IMG/VR virus record: IMGVR_UViG_3300013383_000024
Coordinates: 1 to 64,000 of that record
Origin: a virus
Lineage: Duplodnaviria > Caudoviricetes
DNA: 64,000 nucleotides
Direction: 5' to 3' (one strand)
Shown here: piece by piece, positions 28,685 to 39,930 of the stretch
How the letters are laid out: every line of letters starts with the position of its first letter
Numbering within the stretch: position 1 is the first letter of the stretch
Translations under genes and position numbers: made by a program
Notes under the pieces: generated by a model
What the model was told of the DNA's origin: nothing
The model's database searches: none
The model's input: only the letters and a program-made list of their open reading frames with translations

Positions 28685-31600
28685 AATAATTTTGCCATCT
28701 CCTCGGCGGGCATTGGCGATGCGTTAACCCGTTCAGCAGCTTCTTTGTCTGCTGCGAATAATACCATGGAAGAGTCCATTGCGCTTATTACCGCAATGAA
28801 CACCACTCTCCAAGACCCCGAAAAAGTGGGTACAACATTAAAAACAATCACTATGTATCTTCGCGCTTCCAAAGTTGAGCTTGAAGAAGCCGGTGAAAGC
28901 ACAGAAGGTATGGCAGAGTCGACCTCAAAACTGAGAGATTCGGTACTTGCTCTTACAGGGCAAAAGGTTGACATAATGCTTGGTGATGGAAAGACATATA
29001 AATCTACATATCAAATCCTCAAAGAGATATCTCAGGTCTGGTCGTCTATGGCCGATATTGACCAGGCAGCATTGCTGGAACTTCTTGGCGGCAAGAGGAA
29101 TGCAAACGCTACTGCAGCATTAATTCAAAACTTTGGAATTGCTGAACAGGCACTTGAGTCTGCAACCAACTCCGCCGGTTCTGCCGCTGCCGAAAATGAG
29201 AAATATCTCGATTCTATTCTTGGTAAGGTAGCTCAGTTTAACGCCGCATTCGAGACATTATCTGCAACTGTTATTGATGCAGATTTCTCAAAGGGCGTAG
29301 TTGATGCGGGTACTACCATACTCGACATTATAACTAAACTTATTGATGGTCTCGGCACGCTTAATACGCTGGCTATGGGCGTAGGCGCTGCACTTAGTCT
29401 TGGAAAGGTTAATTCAATATTCTCGCCTTTCCAAGTTGGGGTTAAAGCAAATTCAAATGGCGGCGATTTCACCAGCAGCTTCAGCGTCGGCTTTACGTCC
29501 CAGTTGTCCCGGGACAAGGCCGGTATTGATGCGTACAATGCTGCACTTCAAACATATAATAGCGAACGCAAGAAAGCTGAAAAGGATAAGGACGCACTTA
29601 TCAAGGCGCAGAACGATTTCAAAGACGCTACCGAAGCTGCGAAAGCGAGCGTTTCCGGCAGCACTAAAGAACTAATCAATCTCCATGCCGCGCAGGAGAA
29701 GGGCGTCTCTGCTACTAACAGCAGCTCTAAAGCACTCATTACGCTCCGAGCCAAGACGATTGCCGCAACAGTTGCCACTACAGCTTTAAACATGGCAATT
29801 TCCCTTGGTTTATCTTTAGCTATTCAAGGGATCGTAACCGGAATTGACTATTTGATACATAGAGAAGAGCGCATGGCTGAGGCGGCTGAAGAAGCAAGTG
29901 ATTCCGTCTCGAAAATTAGTGCGGAGGCTAAGGAACTTAAATCCTCTACTCAGAGCGCAGCAACCACAATACAGGCGTTTGGAAACCAAATCAAATACGT
30001 TAATGGCAAATTAACTTCTGACACGTTATCTACAGAGCAAATAACCCAGTATTCTGAGGCGGTCAAAAGTTTGACCGAAATGTATCCGTCGCTCATATCC
30101 GGGTACGATGCCGAGGGTAATGCCATTATTAGCCTTAGCGGCGGATACTCAAGCCTAACTAAGAATATTGATGCCGCATATAAAGCCAAGCTTCTTTTGA
30201 TGAATGCTGAGCTCGACGAAAACATGCCCGACATTGTTAAAGATGCATCTTACAAAACGTCATCCCTTACCACACAACTTAAAAACAGTCGGGCTTTAGT
30301 TGAGATGGCGAAACGCTTGGCTAAAGACCCGCATAACAAGACAGATAACATCTCGGTTTCCGAGAGAGATCTCGTTGATTGGCTTTACGGCGAAGACAGT
30401 GCCGAGTTAGCAGTTAATCTAGAGAAGCTCGACCCGTCACGTGCTTTGAATCAGCTTATCGCAAAAGAGGGCGGTAAATGGTTTGAGGACAATAAGTATT
30501 TAGGTGTTACAATTGCCACCGATTCCATGAAAGGATGGGCAACTGGTATTAAGCAAGTGTTTTCCAGTGAGGATGGTGGTAAGAAATTAGATAGTTCCGC
30601 CATCGCGAAATACTTAAGTTATGTAATCAGTCCAGAAAAATTGGAATCTGAAGTTTCTCAGCTTGAAGAACAGATCAAAGCCAAGTGGGCAGCAACAAAT
30701 CAAAACTTACTAAGCTATTTTTCGACAGATGAAAATTTTGTCCAAGTCAACGACGCTTTTAGCGGGCTATTAAGCAACATAATAAATGGAGCTGACTGGA
30801 ATGCGCTTATCGATGGAGATGTTAGCTGGGACAGCATTAAGGATTATGTTCAGACTAACCTTGTTAATGTTTTTAACAAGATCGACCTTGCTAGTGTCCA
30901 GGCGGATATGAAAAGCTTGTTATCCGGCGGTGCTGATTTAACGGCAGATCAGTTTACTGCGGTTTTTGACAACGTAAAGAACGCTTTACTTGAAGCGACT
31001 GGCGGTGATCAAAACCAGGTAAAAGTAATTTTGTCTAGCATTGAAAATGCTATGTCAGTCACTGCTGATGATATTATAAAAATAAACAAGCAGGTCTATG
31101 AGGGGGTCGACGGGGGCGTGAGTGCCCTTAAGATTCTTACTGAAGCGACCAATAACTGGACTACGACTGAGAAAGAAGCAATTGCTACCGGTATTGAGGG
31201 CATTACAGATGAAACCGACGCGGTAAATACGTTTATCGAAGAGATCAAAAATGGCAACCCCACGATTGCCGAACTGCAGGCTTTAATCATAAAGACGTCG
31301 GACGGCAGCCTTGAAGCTGCCGGATCATTCAGTGAGTGGAAAGATCAGTATAAAGAACTTGTCAACGATATCAGCGGGACAAGGTCTTTTAATGATATTG
31401 TTGAAAGTTTCGGCACTATAAAAGAAGCAACCGATTCGGCCTATGAATCATTCCTGAAATTAAACGGCGGTGTGACTCAAGAGGAGTACGAGTCCTGGGA
31501 GCCCGATGAATATTACAACAAGAGTGTTGAGGCATTTAATAAATTCAAAGCGCTTTATAATGAGGGGCTTATTGGTAGACGAGAGTTTGCTCAGTATCAG

Positions 31601-33346
31601 AAGTATTTTGGTTCAGAGAGCTTAGAAGAAACCGCTCAATTCTTTACCGAGCAGGGTGATTATTATATCGAAGGTAAAGAGGGTTTACAGAATTGGATCA
31701 GTAAGATCCACGAGATGAATCAAAGCGGTTTGCTTTCTAAAGATCTTGCTTCTATTGAATTTCTTGCTGACGGCAAGTCCTCATTCCATTTCGATGTCAG
31801 CCGTATTAACGAGCTCGCCGCCGCCCTCAATATGACAGAGGAACAGGCGTGGAACTTTGTGAGAGCAATACGCGCATACTCTGAGAGTTGGGAGTCTATG
31901 AGCGTAGAAGACCTAAACAACGATTTTAAAGATGTCGGAGTAATCAAAAAAATAGGCGAGGAATTCGTCGTCTCATATGAAGATATCGCAAACTATACCG
32001 GTCTATCGCGTGCTGAGATAGAGCTGCTGATAAATAAGCTAAACGAGCTTAATGAATATGACGGCAAGCTTAAGCTTGACCTAGGGCTTGCCGGAGAACT
32101 TGAGGCTGCTGGAAATGAGTTGGCAAAAATAGATTCGATACTGAGAGAGCACAACATTTCATCGTATTTTGATATCGACGAAGGTATTTTTACCGTCACT
32201 CAAAGCATGATTGATGGCATGCTTGAACAGCTGAGTCCTGAGAGAGTCAAACAGTATCTTGTTCAGTGGAGTAAGATTTCCGGCGTTGTAATTCCAACTA
32301 ATTTAAAGATCGACGGAAAAAAGGTGTCCGAGGAGGTAAAGAAGGCCACCGCGCAAGAAGACGGTACTGCCACGATCGAAGTAAAACTCTCTACAGCTAC
32401 AGCAGAGCAGGCGGATGAGCTTAAGGAAAAGCTGATAGATCTCGGTATGACGGATGTTAAAGTAGATATCGAAGACAACACAGTGACGGTTCTCGGTAAT
32501 ATAAAAGAGGTACGAAAAGCTCTATCAGGTCTCCAGCAAGCGAGTTATAACGTGTTATTAGCAGGAATAGGACGCACTCCAGCCAGTCGGTCAGGCATTA
32601 ATATGACTCCATCTCCAGTGTCGGGCGGTCTTGGACTCAATATACCAGGGATAAACGCGACTGGTACGCAAAACGCTTCACCTGGGTTATCTCTTCTTGG
32701 CGACGAACCCTCGCCTACCGGAGCGCCTCGTCCGGAGCTTGTTGTTTCGGGCAACGAAGCATATCTTGCCGGAGTTAACGGTCCGACTATTGGACGGCTC
32801 AACAAAGGCGACATAGTCTATACATATAGTCAAACCAAAGAGATACTCAAAGGTGTTAATGGCAAAGTTAGATTCCCCGCGTTTGCCTCCGGCATAGCAA
32901 ACTTAGGGCATAATGGCAGTATAGGTGCGGGCTCTTTATGGTCGAGTGTTGCTTCATCAAGCAGTAGTTCTGCTGGTGGCAACGACTTTGAAAGTTTGTA
33001 TAAATACCATCAGCACCTTTTGAAGATGGAACAAGAGAGCCAACAGGATTATCTTAATTGGCTCAATAAGGCATACAAAGATGCGTATGCGCAAGGTGTC
33101 ATAGAGTTGGACGATTATTACAAATATCAAGAAGAGGTACACGATCTCATCCGCGAACTCGTCCAAGATAATCTCGACGACGCTGAGCATTACATCGATA
33201 TGCTTGGTCATTATGATGGTAGTGAAACGCAGATAATCGCTATCTATCAAGACTTGATGAGGGCAATTGAGAAGGAGATCTCTGCTGCTCGTGCTGCTGG
33301 GTTGAATGACAACGACGAGTACATTCAAAATTTACAAAAACAGTGG
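28685..33346 (+). CDS. Tail tape measure protein, exon 2
   Basis: NNFAISS..KSTYQIL..ELLGGKRNAN; long helical ORF; 3' boundary uncertain by a few nt. Confidence 0.85.
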
Positions 33347-33833
33347 AAACAACCACACCACCTGTATTCCTAAAGAGTACAGAAAACCCATTGAACTGCT
33401 GGAAACCCCTAAAGCTATCCGTACCACAGCATAAGGATGAAATGCCTAAGTGCGACGGTTACGAAAGTAGAAAGAAACGGATAGATGGCGCAAGGTTAAA
33501 TCCTAAACGCTGCAAAATGGGCAATCAGCAGCCAAGCCTCGAACAGAGGAAGGTTCAACGACTATCCCTTAAGGGAGTAGGGTCGCAAGCGATTGGCGAC
33601 CCGAAGTGGTGGGCACCCCGTCAGGGTGATGATATAGTCTCCTCTGCATAGAAATATGCAGATGTTCGTTAATCGGGCTGATATATTGTAGCGAAATATA
33701 TTGAAGATAATAATTATAGTGCTATAAACAAACATTTATTGATTAGTTAATAAATCAATAAATGAAAAAGGTATATACATATTTAATCACAATAATACCC
33801 ATTTAAAGTTTATAGCTGCGTAATTATTGAAGG
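33347..33833 (+). ncRNA. Group I intron 6 (IA-like, ORF-less), in the tape measure gene; splice sites non-canonical or uncertain
   Basis: AACTGCTGGAAA, AATCAGCAGCC, GTTCAACGACTA, GATATAGTCT, close to introns 1 and 4; removal joins LQKQW to (W)QYRDEI in frame. Confidence 0.85.
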
Positions 33834-35231
33834 TGGCAATACCGCGACGAGATAACTGATATTCAAGATGAGGTTACCGATAACGCCAAGGATGCTGTCG
33901 AGGACTTGATAGACCTTCGTGTCAAGATGATTAAGCAGGATCTCAAAAATGAGAAAGACGCTCTCAAGGAAAAGAAATCTGCTCTTAAGGATTTCTACGA
34001 CGAGCAGAAACAAATGCTTCAGGACGAGTATGACGAGGAGGAATACCTCGATGAGCAGTCCGAGAAGCGTAAGGCTGTTACCAGCCTTGAGATGCAGCTT
34101 AGCCGTCTATCTAACGACGATTCGGCGTGGGCGCAAAAGAAGCGGCTTCAGCTCGAAAGCGAGCTTTCCGACGCACGCAAAGAGCTTCGTGACTTCGAGA
34201 AGCAGCACGCTCTTGAGGCTGCGCAGGATCAAATCGACAAGGCATATGAAATCGAGGAAAAGAATATCGATGACAGCATAGACCTTATCGAGGACAAAGA
34301 AGATAACGCTAAAGCTCTTCGCGATCAGGCATTGGAGGATCTTCGTTCTGCCGACAAGCAAATGTACGAAGATATGATTGAGTGGAATGCGCGTTATGGT
34401 AGTGGAATTGATCAGGATATAACTGAGGTATGGATGGAAGCTACCAGGGCAATGTCTGAGTACTATAAGCTCAATCGGCGATATTACGAGGATATCAATT
34501 TCAACCAAGGCGTTTATCCCGATGTTACTCCGGATGATATCGGTTCGTGGGCGAATAATCCTATTTCCGGCGACAACCCCGACAACAAATCCATCCCTAA
34601 GAATCAGCCATCTGCCGCAAGCAGTAAGGCAGGCTCCGTATCCAATATCGGGCCGCAGCTTCAGTACGGTTCTCGCGGCAGCGATGTTTCTGCGTTGCAG
34701 ACTGCTCTTAAAGAAATGGGGCTTTACTCCGACAAGATTGACGGTCACTTCGGTCCGAATACCAAGGCCGGAGTTATGGCATTCCAACGTCAGGAAGGAA
34801 TATCCGTTGACGGTATCGTCGGCCCGAACACTAAAGCCAAGTTTAAGAAGCATGGCTATGCGTCGGGCACAAGTAACGCTCTTGCCGGTCTGCATGAGAT
34901 TTGGGAAGAGGGCGCTGAGTATATCTTCACTTCTTCTAATGGCAAAAAATACAGGATGTTCTCCGGTGGAGAGAAGGTACTTAATGCTGACGCCACCAAC
35001 TTCTTATATGACTTTGCCAATAACGGCAGTAAGGTTCTTGAAACGATTGTGAGTAAGCTTATGGGTGGTGGGCTGCCTAATGTAAGCCCGTCCGTATACT
35101 CCCCCATTGTTAATATGGGAAACATCGTTGTCCAAGGCGGAGCTTCGGAACGCACTGTTTCCGAGATACGTAGGGCGCAACGTGAGCAAGTAGATTTCAT
35201 GCTCAAGGAATTCAGAAAGCTGCGACCCTAA
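33834..35231 (+). CDS. Tail tape measure protein, exon 3, with peptidoglycan-binding domain
   Basis: Frame open from ~33831; LQYGSRGSDVSALQ..DGHFGPNT..FQ..DGIVGPNT; GYASGT motif. Confidence 0.85.
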   Translation, partial: WQYRDEITDIQDEVTDNAKDAVEDLIDLRVKMIKQDLKNEKDALKEKKSALKDFYDEQKQMLQDEYDEEEYLDEQSEKRKAVTSLEMQLSRLSNDDSAWAQKKRLQLESELSDARKELRDFEKQHALEAAQDQIDKAYEIEEKNIDDSIDLIEDKEDNAKALRDQALEDLRSADKQMYEDMIEWNARYGSGIDQDITEVWMEATRAMSEYYKLNRRYYEDINFNQGVYPDVTPDDIGSWANNPISGDNPDNKSIPKNQPSAASSKAGSVSNIGPQLQYGSRGSDVSALQTALKEMGLYSDKIDGHFGPNTKAGVMAFQRQEGISVDGIVGPNTKAKFKKHGYASGTSNALAGLHEIWEEGAEYIFTSSNGKKYRMFSGGEKVLNADATNFLYDFANNGSKVLETIVSKLMGGGLPNVSPSVYSPIVNMGNIVVQGGASERTVSEIRRAQREQVDFMLKEFRKLRP

Positions 35232-35254
35232 CAAATAATCTATATATTATCCCC

Positions 35255-35290
35255 ATTATCCCCTCTCGGCTTTTGCTGTGAGGGGATAAT
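35255..35290 (+). terminator. Hairpin after the tape measure gene
   Basis: ATTATCCCCTC...GAGGGGATAAT. Confidence 0.5.
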
Positions 35291-35312
35291 TGCATTTAAA
35301 GGAGGTGTGCCT

Positions 35313-36215
35313 ATGGATTTGTACGGCCATCATTTCATATACGCCGGGATTCCGTCCCGCGCCGCCGTGCGAGGCGGCACTGCCGACCTTACTATCGCAA
35401 ACGTTGAGACTTCGCGATACACAAACATCATCGGCGAAGTCGAGACTAAGTCGGTTTTTAACCGACACAATAAGCGCAAATACCTGACGAGTACACTTTA
35501 CGACTCCTCTCCTCTTGAGTTTGATATTGAGATTGTTGCTGAGGAGCCGTTAGACCCACACGAAATGCGTGAGCTTGAAAAGTGGCTCTTCAATCAAAAA
35601 AGATATCGCGCTCTCTACGTCGATATGGACGATATAAAGTATGAGGGCTTGGACACTGTAAACAATCAGGCCATCGGAGAGTATCTCAACTGCATCTTCC
35701 TCAATGCCAAAAAGATTGAGGGCAACGGCGGTATTATGGGGTGGAGCTGCACTATCCAGTGTGACTGCCCTATGGCTTGGCAGGATAAAACCAAAATCGT
35801 GTTTAGTACCGAAAGCACTCCGCGCACCGGTGAGGAGGGGTATACATTCCCCATACCTACCGACGGTACAAATCAAAGAATCGTAGAGGTAATAGTCGAT
35901 ACAGACATCAACGATTACACCTACCCTACTGTTACGCTGGACATAGTAAGCAACTCAGATACCTCCGTTGTAAATTTAAGCGATTCCGCTACGCGCCGTA
36001 CTGAGTTCGTTCAGTTCAGCAACTCGTCGTCCGTATCTACCATCATAATGGATGGAGAACTAAACCAGTTAAGCGGTGCAGGTTCTGCCGGAGATTATTA
36101 CAGTGCCTTTTCAGAACGGAACTTCATTCGATTAAAGGATGGTCTGAATAAGATCGCCCTTTCCGAGAACATAGAATATATTTCATTTGAATGGCAGAAC
36201 ATGAGGTGGTTATAA
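35313..36215 (+). CDS. Distal tail protein (Dit)
   Basis: Immediately after TMP; KWL, CDCP.AW and FIRLKDGLN motifs. Confidence 0.75.
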   Translation: MDLYGHHFIYAGIPSRAAVRGGTADLTIANVETSRYTNIIGEVETKSVFNRHNKRKYLTSTLYDSSPLEFDIEIVAEEPLDPHEMRELEKWLFNQKRYRALYVDMDDIKYEGLDTVNNQAIGEYLNCIFLNAKKIEGNGGIMGWSCTIQCDCPMAWQDKTKIVFSTESTPRTGEEGYTFPIPTDGTNQRIVEVIVDTDINDYTYPTVTLDIVSNSDTSVVNLSDSATRRTEFVQFSNSSSVSTIIMDGELNQLSGAGSAGDYYSAFSERNFIRLKDGLNKIALSENIEYISFEWQNMRWL

Positions 36216-39200
36216 ATGATAGCAAGATTTGATAGCTTTAATCGTTATGAGACGCCCACTATCATGCTCTGCGGCGCAGACAGTGAATACAAGAATGGCG
36301 TTGTCACCAGTGTGCTCGGATATCTCACTGATATATCCGACGAGGAGCTGGTATTGAATTTCAGCACCACTTCCGAGCTCAATTTCCGTGCATACCGAAT
36401 AGTGCGAGACGACGATGGCAGCAACGCCACAATGCTTGATTTGTATGACAAGCTCAAGAATCGTCGTCTGCTATTCGTTGAAGATGTTGGTTACTTTGCC
36501 ATAACAAACATCGATGAACAGTTCTCAGACGGAATGTCGTACAAGGACATAACCGCCACTTCGTGCGAGGTCGAGTTTGAAAATCGCAAGGTTCCCTTTA
36601 TCGGTAAGACTATCGAAAGTGAGGATGAAGACGGGAAAACAGAAGTAGACTATACTTATGCGTTTACCGACTTGCTTGACTTGCTGGTCGGCAGTGTTCC
36701 GAAGTGGACTTATGATATCAATGACATTGACACCGCCGTCATAAACAAGTCTCGAACTTTTGAAGATGTCGATGACGATGAGAACATCCTTGCGTTTATG
36801 CAAAAGGAAGTTCAAGAAGCATATGAGTGCATATTTGACTTCGACATTATAAATCGCATGGTTTCGGTTTATGACCAAAACGACTTCGCTAAAGAAACAA
36901 ATATTCATCTGACGAAGGATGACCTGATCACAGAGCTGGATATTACGGAGAACTCAGACGATCTCTATACTGCACTGACGGTATTCGGAGACTCCGATGA
37001 TATCACCATTAACGGTGTTAACCCTTTAGGAACAAATGCGATATACAATTTTGACTACTACCTCCCTTGGATGTCCTCTGCTTTGCGCTCCAAGCTTGAG
37101 TCGTGGAAAGAGGACGTCAAGGCTGGAGAGAAAGTAATTCAAGAGAAGGCTTCAGACTATGTGACCAAGAAGCAGGCATACCTTGACCAGCAGCTTGAAA
37201 TAGAGCGTCTGGATCAACTTATACAGCTTTACTCAAAAGCTGAGTCTAATATACGTGTTGCGCTAATGAGCGTCCCGGCTAAGGCTGAGGGTAGCGAGGA
37301 TGTCGAGCAGGCTAAGACCGATAAAGCCAAAGAGATAATTTCTGAATATAACAAAGAGATTACTCGTATTTTCGGTGAAGATCGTCCTGAGTATAGGATT
37401 GACGACACAATTATAGATATTGAGAACAACAGTATAAGTATTCCTAAGGAGCAGGCCGAGGCAGACCTTGCTGAGGCTAAGTCTCAACTCGACAGTCTCA
37501 AATCCGAGGTCGATGTGTACGACGATGAGTTCAATGCATTAGCGAAACAGCTAAAGCTCCAAACGTATCTTGGCGACGATCTTTTCATCGAACTGGCCAA
37601 CTATGTTTATGAGGGCAGTTATAGCGATCCGTACATAACCGTTACCGACAAGATGACTCAGGCTGAGATATTCGATCAATCCCTGACGCTGTACAATAGA
37701 GCAAAGGCTCAGCTAAGTAAAATCTCTGCACCAACACAGAAGTTCGATGTCGACACCGAGAGTTTTATTTTCGCTAAAGAGTTTTTACCGTGGAGTGAGC
37801 AGCTCAATACCGGCACATGTGTGAACGTAGAGCTTGAAGAGGGTGACATTGCTTCTCTGTTTTTAACTACGATTACGGTCAATTTCTATGATAAGACTCT
37901 TAAGCTCACGTTCGGTAATCGCCTTAAGCGCAATGACCCCAAAGCTTTGTATGAGGACATTCTGGGCAATGTTCGTAAGACGGCTAATTCGCTCAGCTTT
38001 TTAAACGAGGTAGTCTCCCCTGTTAGAGTCGGCTTGCTTGATGACTTCGCACTTCAGCTCCAAAACTCTCGTAACCTGACTATGCGCAATGCGCTTGCAG
38101 CAGACAATCAGAGTTTTTCGATGGACAATTTCGGCATCACCGGCAGCTCTCTTAATGACGAGGGAGGCCTCGGACCGTATCAAATAAAAATCACCAATGA
38201 GTCCATCGTCTTTACAACGGACGGATGGAAGACTTGCAGTACTGCCTTGGGTAGATTCTTCTATACAGACCCCGAGGACGGCAAGGATAAGAGCTCTTAT
38301 GGCGTTAACGCAGAAGTTGTTGCGGGCGCAAAGATATTGGGTGCATACATCCTCGGCGGAGACATTGAAGGCACGGCTATCCATGGCGCTACCATTTGGG
38401 GAACTGACATATACGCAAGTGCAGCTGATCCCCGCGAGCTGTCCGAAGAAGAGCAAAAGAAGCTTGCCTACATGAAGTACAATACAGCTACCAAGCGAGG
38501 CGAAATATACGGCTTTACTGTTTCCGGTGGTACGATTTACGGAGCAGATATATATGCTACAGATACCGATCCTACCGGGCTGAGCGCCTCCGAGAAAGCA
38601 AAGCTCGCATATATGAAGTACAATGCCAAGGACAAAACCGGCGAAATCCATGGTTTTAAGATTACCGGTGGCAGTCTGAATATTAAAGACAATTTTATTG
38701 TTGACGCTAACGGTAACCTTACGTTGAACGGCAATATCACATGGGGTACCGATAGCGGTAGTCTTATCTGCGCGTTATATGGCAGATCGAATTACTCCAA
38801 ACCGACAAGGGAATATTCATCATACCCCACCTCGTCATCGAGTGGTTGGCATACAGAGCTTAATACTTATTATGACTATTACGCTTCTTACTCATATAAC
38901 GGCGGCAACACTTGGACTGACGCTATAAAGATACATGGTGAAGACGGTACCGATGGTGTTGACGGCTCTGACGGCAGACCGGGCAGAGATGGTGTTGACG
39001 GTTCTGATGCAACTGTAACCCGCAGTGCCATAGCTGAGGCTCTTCTTGCCAAGAATGATGCGTTAAATTTGGGTGATGGTATATACTCAGAAACAGTGGA
39101 TGGGCAACCTCGTATCCTCCTCAATGCGACCGCTATAAAGGCGGGTGCAATTAATGCTGATTTGATTGAAGTAGCCGGTTCGAAAGTTATTTTAAATGGT

Positions 39201-39914
39201 AGTTATATTAAGTTTTATGACAATTCCGATGATAGATATGTACAAATAAATGAGAACGGCATTATGCTGCAAATTAAAAGCGAAGACGACCACATGGTAA
39301 AACAGGGACGTATAATCGGTATGACCGGTCAAGATACCCATGGCAACATTTCTGATGGCATTGCGATGGTAAATAGTCTTGATTATACGAATCATTATAT
39401 AATTGCAACTACAATGGGTACTAGAATGCAGTCAACGAACAGCAAGGTTGTTGCCGCCGGTGATGGAGCCGCAATATCTGCTAATGGTAATGCGATATCA
39501 ATATTTGTTAATACTTCTGGGTGTCACTCCTCACATACAATAGCAGTCGGTTCGGATAGACGCATGAAAGCCAATATCGATTATAATTACGATAAATACT
39601 CAGACTTCTTTATGGCACTCAAGCCCGCTTCGTATACATACAGGACTATGTCCAACGATAAAACCCATACCGGCTTTATAGCTCAGGACGTAGAAGAAGC
39701 CTTAAAAAACTCCGGACTGCTTCCTGCTGATTTTGCGGGCCTATCAATCCCCTCGTCCCCGGATGAGGAGTTTTCCCTTGAAGACTGTTCTTCCGAAAAC
39801 TCCTATATGCTTGCCTACTCCGAGTTTACCTCACTCAACACATACATGATACAGAAGTTATACAGTCGCGTTGAGGCTCTTGAAAAAGAGCTCGCCGAGC
39901 TACGCGGCGCTTGA
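36216..39914 (+). CDS. Tail tip/Tal-like protein with collagen-like repeat and C-terminal intramolecular chaperone (peptidase S74-like)
   Basis: After Dit; GEDGTDGVDGSDGRPGRDG; SDRRMKANI..GFIAQDVE..coiled coil. Confidence 0.8.
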   Translation: MIARFDSFNRYETPTIMLCGADSEYKNGVVTSVLGYLTDISDEELVLNFSTTSELNFRAYRIVRDDDGSNATMLDLYDKLKNRRLLFVEDVGYFAITNIDEQFSDGMSYKDITATSCEVEFENRKVPFIGKTIESEDEDGKTEVDYTYAFTDLLDLLVGSVPKWTYDINDIDTAVINKSRTFEDVDDDENILAFMQKEVQEAYECIFDFDIINRMVSVYDQNDFAKETNIHLTKDDLITELDITENSDDLYTALTVFGDSDDITINGVNPLGTNAIYNFDYYLPWMSSALRSKLESWKEDVKAGEKVIQEKASDYVTKKQAYLDQQLEIERLDQLIQLYSKAESNIRVALMSVPAKAEGSEDVEQAKTDKAKEIISEYNKEITRIFGEDRPEYRIDDTIIDIENNSISIPKEQAEADLAEAKSQLDSLKSEVDVYDDEFNALAKQLKLQTYLGDDLFIELANYVYEGSYSDPYITVTDKMTQAEIFDQSLTLYNRAKAQLSKISAPTQKFDVDTESFIFAKEFLPWSEQLNTGTCVNVELEEGDIASLFLTTITVNFYDKTLKLTFGNRLKRNDPKALYEDILGNVRKTANSLSFLNEVVSPVRVGLLDDFALQLQNSRNLTMRNALAADNQSFSMDNFGITGSSLNDEGGLGPYQIKITNESIVFTTDGWKTCSTALGRFFYTDPEDGKDKSSYGVNAEVVAGAKILGAYILGGDIEGTAIHGATIWGTDIYASAADPRELSEEEQKKLAYMKYNTATKRGEIYGFTVSGGTIYGADIYATDTDPTGLSASEKAKLAYMKYNAKDKTGEIHGFKITGGSLNIKDNFIVDANGNLTLNGNITWGTDSGSLICALYGRSNYSKPTREYSSYPTSSSSGWHTELNTYYDYYASYSYNGGNTWTDAIKIHGEDGTDGVDGSDGRPGRDGVDGSDATVTRSAIAEALLAKNDALNLGDGIYSETVDGQPRILLNATAIKAGAINADLIEVAGSKVILNGSYIKFYDNSDDRYVQINENGIMLQIKSEDDHMVKQGRIIGMTGQDTHGNISDGIAMVNSLDYTNHYIIATTMGTRMQSTNSKVVAAGDGAAISANGNAISIFVNTSGCHSSHTIAVGSDRRMKANIDYNYDKYSDFFMALKPASYTYRTMSNDKTHTGFIAQDVEEALKNSGLLPADFAGLSIPSSPDEEFSLEDCSSENSYMLAYSEFTSLNTYMIQKLYSRVEALEKELAELRGA

Positions 39915-39930
39915 ATGAAAGGATAAAATT

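Noticed and set aside
33343-33651. 102-aa ORF (also 5287-5712, 11647-11907, 28600-28974)
   Set aside because: These overlie conserved intron RNA cores and are chance open frames
3877-35231. RNAP, terL, portal and TMP as pseudogenes, frameshifted genes or intein hosts
   Set aside because: The interruptions contain in-frame stops and group I P/Q/R/S cores; their removal restores frame and motifs
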